Shown here: positions 50,678 through 60,138 of the stretch, one piece after another
How positions within the stretch are numbered: the first letter of the stretch is position 1
How the letters are laid out: each line of letters starts with the position of its first letter
Assembly: GCA_017654855.1 (NCBI GenBank)
Contig: CM030334.1
Location: 3,782,001-3,846,000, forward strand
Source of the DNA: Podospora anserina
Taxonomy: Eukaryota
Reading direction: 5' to 3'
DNA: 64,000 bases
Notes under the pieces: generated by a model
Told to the model about the DNA's origin: nothing
Seen by the model: only the letters and a program-made list of their open reading frames with translations
The model's database searches: none
Translations under genes and position numbers: made by a program

Positions 50678-51256
50678 TCAAAGACGCTTGCCAGTCTGCG
50701 AGACGCTCTTCACATCCCAAAAGTCCTTGTGCAAGAACCTCGCAGTGGCCTTCCCAAGGGCCGCAGCCTCAGAAATCGGATTGCCGTTCTTGTCCTTCTT
50801 CATGTTCTTCTCCACATCATCCGTCAACGCATCCTTCTGTTGGTTGATCTGCAGTTCCGTATCTGTCTTGGGGATAGAAGGGGCGATGAAGGCGAACTTG
50901 TCGTTGCCTTTGGAGACATTGATGTGAGGTCCCTTGTTTTCATCCCAGTCCACACGAATGGTCCCCTTGGCAACCGTTCTTCTATTCTTGTCAACGATGT
51001 CGACATAGACACCGGCATACCGTTTCCGAGGCTTCTTGTTCTCTGGCTGCCCGGCCATTGCGTCACGACGACGAGCTTGAGCGTCGAACTTTGACTCCTG
51101 GACATTTGCACTGTTAGTGTCAAGAATCCAAGACTAGCAAGGTGAAAGCGGGCTCACAATCAGGCTGGTTGCGACAAGAGTGTTGACTCCATTGTCCGTC
51201 AACTTATTGATGGCATCCTTCTTGGCGTTGGCAGACTTGATGATTGTCTCAGGCAT
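50678..51256 (-). CDS. Small basic orphan protein with an RVDWDxxKGPHIN motif (toxin-like)
   Basis: ATG at 51256 (CCACCATG) and a GTGAGC..CTAAC..CAG intron 51157-51098 joining to the 50678 ORF. TATA-like element near 51400. Confidence 0.7.
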
Positions 51257-51939
51257 GGTGGAAGTTGGGGGTGGAAGTTTGGGGACCGAAGATGAGTGGT
51301 AAGCAATTAAAGACTTTTTGGTTGGTTGTTATGGCGATTGATGAAGTTGTTTTGATGACGTAGAAATTTATCACAGCAATATCGAGTAGAGGCAGCCCTT
51401 ATATAGGTATCTATCCCCCAGCTAAGGTACTATTCCTGGGTCTCTCACATGCCTCAGTCCATCACTGTGCCACTATTCAGACTTTGTCCAAGGCGGCGGC
51501 GAAATTCTCCCTCGCGGCCATCAACAGGGCACAAGACCGTCACTGCAGCCAGACTTGTAACGACCACTCCTCAAGTTTCCTTCGGAGTTTTCAGCTGCGA
51601 CCTGCTTGTGAGGCGTGGTATGGCTGGCCACTCGGGGAGTATTGAGCAATTCCCTCCCCTTTTTGGTTGATGGTCCAATTACGAGTTTCCAGCTGCGGCG
51701 TAGCAGCCTACCACATCTTGCTTGGAACTATCCAGTATGTGGTAAGAGGTGTGAGCCAAGGATATTCCTGCATAAGCGAATGAAAAATGACAATAGCCCC
51801 CTCGGTGTTTGTTTCGTCTATTTCAGTGTCAAACAATGAGACGGCCGACTGGGCTCGCTTTAGAAGTGTACCCAAAGTAGCCTGTGCCTTTCACCGAGGA
51901 GGTCTTAGTTACCTGGGTATTCAGGTTTTGCGGACAGGT

Positions 51940-53044
51940 TCAAGGCTCCGGTTTGTGATCCACCTCGAAAGGCCTAAAGTCTCCAACCGCCTGCTGCATC
52001 CTTACCATCCTCACATTCTCCTTTCCCAGCCACCACCCTCTCAGATCAGCCAGTCCCTCCTCGACCTCTGTGTACGCCATGGGGGATGTCCCTGTTGTGA
52101 AGACGACTCTCCCATTCCACTTCCTGTCCTCCTTCTTCCCAGCAAACAGATCAGAATCCTTCTCCTTTCCGTACACTTCCACCTTCCGTTTTTGTGTCGC
52201 TGTGGCCGAAAAGACAAGTGCAAGGGCAATCTCATCGGCAGTTTTGACGGGAAGCTTCTCCAGCTGAACACCCGGTGTCAAAGGAGGCAACGGTGTCGTT
52301 GATGGCATCGCATCTGAAGTAGACGGAAACGTAGGGCCAACAGCAACCCCATTGATAGCTACCCCGTCTTGAATAGCAACCGTCCTCAGCGAGCGTATCA
52401 TTCCTAGGATCTTCACCTCTTCTTTTCAGCGTTATTTCATTCCCTCGGGAAGGCAAACTCACAGCAGAACCTGCACACCCATCCATCACGCCCTCCCCAG
52501 GCATCCCCACAGGAGGCAGCACATGACAAGACATGTAACCCCCAGCACCACCCGGTACACAAATGACCACACTCCCCCCTTTCCCCTTCTCATCCCCCAG
52601 CCTCCCAACACCCGACCGCGCCATAACCGCCCAACAAACTTTCACAAAGTCCCCCACAGTCCTCACCTCCCTCGCCCAGTCCATCCCCACCCCGTTTTCG
52701 CCTTCCCGATCATCATCACCTTCACCCCCAACCTCGAAGAGAATCCTCTCTGGCCCTGGTACATAAAACGCGTAGTCAACTTCTCCGCATCCTTTTACCG
52801 CAGCTTTTAGCTCCTTCCAATTCCTGACGTCAACTCTCAGAAAAGCCAGGCAAGAAGGTATGCCTGGATCTGGTGTGAGTAAAGAGTCGTTGTGTTCTGG
52901 GTCGAGGATGATGACTTTTGAGCAGCCTTTTTCGGCCAGCAAGAGAGCAGTGGAGAGGGTTATTTCGGAGGAGCCGCCTGTTATGAGGGCTGTTCTTCCC
53001 GTGAGGGGGGGGATGAGGGAGGGGGTTATGGGAAGGGTGGTCAT
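51940..53044 (-). CDS. Short-chain dehydrogenase/reductase-like protein with degenerate motifs
   Basis: LTGRTALITGGSSEIT, VDV..W.EL, GSVV and INGVAVG. Intron 52462-52411. Confidence 0.7.
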
Positions 53045-53399
53045 GCTGAGGTTTTGTCGAGTGGTTCAACATGACTGATGAAAAAGAAGAGAGGTCCCAG
53101 GCAGTCGGTATGGAATAATCAAACGTGTTAAATACTTTGGCAATGATGCTGAGCCGTCGGAGTCGGGAGACGTTGGTGGCTGGAGCGTCAGTGGCCTTCC
53201 GATGTGTGCGGGAAGACAACCCGGGTTTATGGTTCCGAATCATCTTCAAGACTCTCAAAGATGTCAGACTGCAAGACGTTCACCATTCCCGGCTTATTTG
53301 AGATATGGGGATACGAAGTCAGGGGTCAGGGGGTGGTAAAAGTCATTCATAAAGCCTGCGGTGGAACCAACATGCATCATCCAATCGGAACCATCCTCA

Positions 53400-53491
53400 T
53401 CGGGTATGGTGTAGCGGTAACATCGTTGACTCTCACTTCTCAGAAGTGTCTGCTCTCTCAACAGCCCCGGGTTCGACTCCCGGTATCCGAG
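53400..53491 (+). tRNA. tRNA-Glu (CTC), intron-containing
   Basis: Acceptor stem TCGGGTA/TATCCGA, A box TGGTGTAGCGG, anticodon stem GTTGA/TCAAC with CTC at 53432-53434, intron ~53436-53456, T arm CCGGGTTCGACTCCCGG, and a downstream T-run. Confidence 0.85.
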
Positions 53492-53573
53492 TCCCAACAT
53501 TCTTTTTTCCCACTCTGAATTCGACTTCAACCAAGTTCTTGAACCCAATGTCGAACCAGGGCACATATCCCAA

Positions 53574-53671
53574 GGTTGTGTAGTGTAGTGGTTATCACTC
53601 TGGATTTTGACTTGAGCCTTCCCTTCGGTCACTGCCTTCCAGTAACCCCGGTTCGAACCCGGGCACGACCT
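53574..53671 (+). tRNA. tRNA-Gln (TTG), intron-containing
   Basis: Acceptor stem GGTTGTG/CACGACC, TAGTGTAGTGG A box, CTGGA/TCCAG anticodon stem with TTG, an intron, and T arm CCCGGTTCGAACCCGGG. Confidence 0.9.
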
Positions 53672-53840
53672 CAATTCTTTGCACTACCATCTTCCAGATG
53701 GTAGGTATAGTTTTTGGACTCTATCTTCTTGGCTAGAAGCTTGAGCGCTTTTCTTTCTTTACTTTTGCCCCGGCGTTCATTCATCTTGCAGATTCCTGAA
53801 GCGGGACAGTTGGGACAGTTGGGCACCAATTCACCTCGCG

Positions 53841-56553
53841 ATGGACTCACTCGCCGAAGAGATAGGCAAGCCGCCATACTGGATCACAGCCTTGACTAGT
53901 GTTCACCAACATGGGCTTGATCTTCTGCAGCAGATTCAGTCCGGTGCCGCAGTTGACATCCCCACGGCTACCCAAACAATCGACAAGCTCGAGGCGTTGG
54001 CTTCCACATGTTTCAACGCGTACGACAATGAATTCATTCTCTTTGGAACCGGCTCAGACGCGAGTCTTGGTAGTCTTATGACAACCATTTGGGAGCTGAA
54101 GCGCGCCGTGTTTTCTCAGCGGACGACGCCTCGGTCAGAAGTTTCCAATGTGTGTCTGTTTTGCGCTTGGGCTTTGAGGCGGGTTGGGAATGGAATTGTT
54201 GGTATGTGAGAGTGAGTGCCTTGACACCTAAGTTGACTGTTCTCTGACAAGAATCTAGGAAAGTATTCTTGGAGTTCGTGGCAGGGGTCGCAATGGATTG
54301 CTAACAGTTACCTCTGTGCCATTGACAACTGGCCTGACTTTCCCCGCCTTGAAGCGTCGGCTCGGGGGGGCTGTGATTTGTGTCGTTATCTGAAGGACGG
54401 GATAGAGAAAAAGGGGGTGGATTTGAATCCACTTCGTCCTAGATCGGAAAACACTAAAGTTGGGGTCTGGATTGAGTTCCGTTATGTGCCCCGAAAGGCA
54501 ACCGGGAACGACGTTCGACCAGAGCTGACGCATGCTCTTGAATATGGCTCGGTGTTTCTGTCAACTACCTCCCCATGGTATTCGACGCCTGTCTGGCAGT
54601 TTATGGTTGAATCTGGGAATAGTAAGTCAAGCATCACATCTACCAGATTTATCTCTTCGTCTAACTGCCTCCTCTGTTCAAGAGCAAGTCGCAGACGAGT
54701 TACAAATCTTCTCCCCACCACAGCAGGAGCCATGGTCAGCCCCCAACATCAGCTTCACCCGATCCATCCTCAACGCAGCACAACCAGCAACCACGAAATT
54801 CAAACCAACCCGCCTCCTCTCCCTGCCCCCATCCCCCAACTCGGCCATCAAACTCACCACCACCACCCACCTCCCCCATCCCGTCCAATACGCTGCCCTA
54901 AGCTACTGTTGGGGGCCCCCTTCAGACGCGATCCAGCAGACAACCCTCACAACCTCCTCCCTCCCCTCCCGTATGACCAGCATTCCCCTTTCCGATCTCT
55001 CCCCTGTCATGCTTGACGCAGTAAAGGTCTGCCGCTCCCTTGGCATCCCTTACCTCTGGATCGACGCTTTATGTATCATCCAGGACAGCAAGACAGACTG
55101 GGAGTTTGAGTCACAACAAATGGCGCGGATCTATGAACACTCTTACCTTACCATCTGCGCCGCGGGTTCGTCATCCTGTCTGGAGGGGTTCCTGTCCAAG
55201 CGAGCTGTCTACCCTGAATATAGGTACACATCCCCTGCCAAGGGCATAGTTAACGGGGTGTTTACACTCCGATCGGTGCCCAGCAACAGCGATGGGACGC
55301 TGGCAGCAAAGGCATCCTCCCCACCGCTAGAGCAGGATCTATCCGTCACGAGCTGGAGCGAAAGGGGGTGGGTATTCCAGGAACGGGCCATGTCCACCAG
55401 CAAATTATTCTTCGGCAAGTCGATGCTCCACGTCCAAACCAACTCTCTTGTCCTCTCCGAAAACGGCCACCAGTCTGAAGTAAAAGCCAACAACAACCAC
55501 GACGACCGCAACACATCACCCAACACCACCCCCCTTTCCCTCCTCCCCCACCTCCTCCACGGCGACAAGACCAACAACCGCTACGACCTCTGGCTATCCG
55601 TCGTGTTGAAATTCGTGCACTTGAAATGGACAATAGAAGAGGACCTCCTCCCCGGTTTGTCCGGTCCGGCCTCCAGATTCAACGACATCATGCCCCCCAA
55701 CGACGCCTACCTCGCGGGACACTGGCGGTCCGACCTCCACGCCAGCCTCCTCTGGGTCGCCGGCCGCCGTGGTCACCATCCCCGTCCCAACACCCTCCCA
55801 TCGCTGCTGCAATCCCTCCAAAAAGGCAACCCCCTCCACTGCCCCAGCTGGTCCTGGCCAGGCCGCAGGGACGACATCTTCCGCTTCGTGCACGGCCTAC
55901 CCGACGGGAGGAAATGTCGTGTCCGAACCCACCTGCGGCCGGAGTTCAGCCTAATCAAATCAAACGTGCAAGCGGAGGGGGTGGTGAACCCCTTTGGGAG
56001 ACTGAGCCCGAAGGTCAACTCGCTCGTCGTTTCCGGGAAGGTCATTCCCATGTCAAACATCCTCTCCCCTGACAAACCCAAATGGGAGTTCACCACCGAG
56101 AGCGCGGAGTGGCGGTGCGCAAACGCCGAAAGGGGGTACCTCATCATGGTGTCGCATGACTGGGATGATGATGCTGCTGGTGGATCTAACCCAGCGGTGA
56201 CGACAGAGGAGGAGTTGTCAAAGATCAAGCTGCTTCTGCTGTCGAGTTGCTGCTCGTTGTCCGAGCTGCCTGCTGGCAGCATCAAACCAGGTGCAGAAGC
56301 AACGACCAAAATTCTCTTCCCAACAGAACACAGCAAGACATTTCTCGACGACCCGGACTTTCAGTCGGGAGGGGGGGGGACTTGCTCGTTTTGTCAAGAC
56401 CAGAAACACAAGAGAGATGTCTGGGGTCTGTTGCTCTATCCAGCTGACTCGCAAGGGAGGTACTACAGGGTGGGCATCTTTTACTCTCGTGCTCAGCACG
56501 GTGGCTCGGAAGTGTTCAACGAGGCAGAAACGTGCGAGGTTGAACTCATGTAG
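53841..56553 (+). CDS. HET-domain (heterokaryon incompatibility) protein
   Basis: HET motifs YAALSYCWG, YLWIDALCIIQD, W..ES..M..IY..S.LTI.A, RGWVFQER, YLAGHW and PSWSW, plus N-terminal SARGGCDLC. Two introns (~54202-54258 and ~54621-54682). Confidence 0.9.
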
Positions 56554-56816
56554 ACAGAAAGGACATCGCACAAAAGAGAGCCGAGCACGGGGAGAGAACA
56601 TCACATGGAGACCAAGAACAAGTAACGGGCAAAATGCCAATGTATTTCCTCCACGACCCACCCAAACGGTGGCCTGGGACACCCGGCATTCGAGATCAAC
56701 TCCGCTCCATCTATGTAACAGATACGTCCCTCTGCTTGATATTGTTTTTTAAAATCCAAGTCCAAAAAAACTGCATTCACCCCCACCAAGTGAAGGAGCA
56801 AGCAAAAAAAGCAAGC

Positions 56817-59263
56817 TTAGAAGCGCAAGTCCCAGCCAATGACAGGTCCAATCTTGGGCAGCTCATCAGCAACGCTCTGCACGTCCTTGTCGCCACGACC
56901 GCTCAGGCAAATGACAACGTCCTCGCCCTTCTTCATGGTCTTGGCGAGCTCAATGGCGCCCCAGATACCGTGGGAAGACTCAAGGGCGGGAATGATACCC
57001 TCCAGCTGACTCATCAGACGGAAACCAATAAAGGCCTGGGCATCAGTGCAAGCAATGAACTTGGCACGGTCGGTATCCTTCCAGTTGGACAACTCGGGGC
57101 CGACGCCGGGGTAGTCGAGACCGGCGGAGACGGAGTGGGTCTCGTCGATCTGGCCGTGCTCGTTCTGGAGGATGTAGGTCCGGACGCCGTGGAGAACACC
57201 CTTGGAGCCAGCAGTGAGAGTAGCACTGTGGCGAAGGGTATCGACACCGTCACCACCAGCCTCCACGCCCAACATCTTGACGCTCCTGTCCTCGGCGAAG
57301 GGGTAGAACATGCCGACGGCATTGGAGCCGCCACCGACGCAAGCAACGACGGCATCGGGGAGCTTGCCACGCTTCTCGAGCATCTGCTGCTTGGTCTCTC
57401 TGCCAATGACGGACTGGAAGGTGCGGACAATGGTGGGGAAGGGGTGGGGACCGATGGCAGATCCAATGATGTAATGGGTGTCCTCGAGGTTGACGACCCA
57501 AGAGCGGAGAGCCTCGTTGACGGCGTCGCGGAGGGTGCGACTGCCAGCCTCGACGGCAACGACCTTGGCGCCGAGAAGCTTCATGCGGAACACATTAAGA
57601 GCCTGGCGGCGAACATCCTCAGCGCCCATGAAAACGGTGCACTCCATGCCGAACTTAGCACAGACGGTAGCTGTGGCTACACCGTGCTGGCCGGCACCGG
57701 TCTCGGCAATAATCTTGGTCTTGCCCAATCTCCTGGCGAGAAGGAGCTGACCGAGGGCATTGTTGATCTTGTGGGAACCGGTGTGGTTGAGATCCTCTCT
57801 CTTAAGCCAGATGTTCGCACCACCAGCGTGTTCCGTCAGGCGCTCAGCCAGATGGAGGTGACCGGGGCGGCCCATCCAGGGGTAGTGAGAGCGGTACTCC
57901 TCCCAGAAAGCCGGGTCATCTTTGATCTTGTTGAAGCCGTCCTCAAGCTCGGAAAGGCAGTCCATCAGGGACTCCGGGACGTACTGGCCACCAAACTCGC
58001 CGAAACGCTTGGGGAGATCAGAGTTGATCATGTCGAGCTGGGCAACAAGGTCATCCGTCTCCTTGATGACAGCATCCACGGACACATCTCCAGTCTCCTG
58101 AGCACCGTTGATGGCCTCGAGAATGCCAACCTCGCGGGTGGCCTCCTCCTCGGGGGAGGTGGTGCGACCGCAAAGGTAACCGCAGTACTCCTGGACAGCC
58201 TTGTTGATCTCGTTCTCGGCGGCGTTCATAATGGTAGTAACAATCTGACTGCCGACGACAACACCATCTGCAAGCTGAGACACGGACTGGAAGTGATCGC
58301 GAGTGCTGACACCGAAACCGACGGCCGCGGGCTTGTCGCCACTGTACTTCTTCACACGGGCGAGGAGCTCCGGCAAGTGAGCGTTCAGGGTGCCACTAGC
58401 ACCGGTGACGCCCTGGCGAGAGACGACGTAGATGAAGGAGTCGGCGAGCTGGCAGAGGATACGCATGCGGGCATCCGAGGTGGCGGGAGCAATGAGGGGG
58501 ACGTAGGAGAGACCGCCGCGGGTGCAGAGTCTGCGGAAGGAGACGGCCTCCTCGGGGGGCAGATCGACAATGATGAAGCCATTGACACCGGCTTCCTTGC
58601 AGTCCTTGAGGAGACGCTCCTCGCCGTAGCTGAGGAGGGGGTTGTAGTAGCCCATGAGGAGAATGGGAGCCTTGAGGCCACGCTTGCGGGCCACGCGGAC
58701 CATGTCGAGGACGCCCTCGGTGGTCACGCCATGCTGGAGAGCGATCTGTGTGTTTTCTCGTCAGTGGCTTGTTCACCGCTCGTCGAGAAATATGCTGGGC
58801 AAGGTAAGCTTACGGTGTTGGCAGTCTGGATGGTAGGGCCATCGGCAATTGGGTCAGAGAACGGAACGCCGAGCTCAATAACATCTGTTGGAGACAAGTT
58901 AACGGTTTTGTGTCTTTCAGTGGCAGCACAAAAAGGAAGAATATTTGCATACCGGCGCCGCCCTTCTCCATAGCCAGAAGGACATCGGGAGTGGCTGCGG
59001 GGTTGGGGAAACCGGCCGTGACATAGGTGACAAGGGCAGACTGTGGTTGCGAATAGAACAGGTCAGCAATTGGCTCTCTCTTGTTTGTTCTTGAACAGCC
59101 GTTCCCCGTTCTTCCCTGTTCCCCGGATTCCGGAATTCAGGCCGTTGGGATATCCAAAATAAAAAAATAAAAAATAAAAATGGCGGGGTTGTTGAGTGGT
59201 GGGAAAGTTACTGACCCTGTTCTGCGCCTTGCAGCGAGCAAACGTCTGCTTGAGGCCTTCCAT
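56817..59263 (-). CDS. TRP5: Tryptophan synthase (fused alpha-beta)
   Basis: [52 protein letters not shown] and [11 protein letters not shown]. Three 5' introns. Confidence 0.97.
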
Positions 59264-59411
59264 ATTGAATGAATGCGCGTGCTGGCAATCGAGAGACCAA
59301 TTGGGTGGGAAGGAGAAGGAAGGTCGGGATTCAGCAGCAGAAATATGTCAACAAGTTTCTCCCCGGGTTCTGCTTCTGTCTTTGTTTGGAGTTGTGGTTG
59401 AAAGGGGAGGC

Positions 59412-59489
59412 GAGTCATAACCTCATATCAGCGGCACCCCCCCTGTAAAGTGGCAGAAAATTAGCGGAGCCCTTCTGGGGGTTGAGTCA
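59412..59489. promoter_or_regulatory. Two Gcn4/CPC-1 cross-pathway control elements upstream of tryptophan synthase
   Basis: ATGACTC on the minus strand (59412-59418) and TGAGTCA (59483-59489), 150-225 bp upstream of the ATG. Confidence 0.7.
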
Positions 59490-60138
59490 CCGCCCCTCCT
59501 CCAGTGCCCCTCTCAACCGCAGTGCGTGCTGCAGTCTCGCCCCCGTCACCGAACAGGGAATTTTTCTGCCGGCTCGCCACGACCTGGGCCTTCCCCGATT
59601 GCGGAGGCCATGTCCCGCGATGCCTGAAGAGGCCACGGCGCCGGTCATCACGACCCGAGGTGCCGGAGATCGTGGATACTTGCGGACAAGCCCGTCATCA
59701 AAAAGACAACACAATGGGTTTATTCAAGTCCACTTTGGGATCTCACAAAGAAAAAGGCATTTTGATTGCACAGATCCAACTCAAACTGGGCTTCATATAT
59801 ATATGAAGTATCTCATATCCTACCCGTTGGAGTCCCAGCAATCAGGGGATCTCACATAAATCGCAACAACAACAAGTAAATGCATGCCGGATGTCTTTTT
59901 TGATGATCTGGGTCTGTCTGCCAATCTACCGAGGTATATATATTGGAACGCCTCGCTATCCAAACGCCTTACCAACCATGCAAGCAACAAAAGAAACCAA
60001 GAGTGAAACGAAAAGAAAAAAAAGAAAAGAAAAATATTAAATGACCGAGTACATCGGCGGTGGTTGTCCCAGCCCAGCTCCAGAGGACGAGCTCTCCTCA
60101 TAACTGCCCCAATTGATATCCTTCTTCTCCCGCCGTCC

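Noticed and set aside
56551-56625. HET gene TAG stop as an editing/read-through site
   Set aside because: No hairpin places the A in a 7-nt loop, +3 is C, and the short extension is unremarkable.
56634-58973. 779-aa plus-strand ORF antisense to tryptophan synthase
   Set aside because: It is the antisense shadow of a strongly codon-biased gene and has no protein-like motifs. The same applies to 15689-16960, 47838-48815 and 60064-60954.
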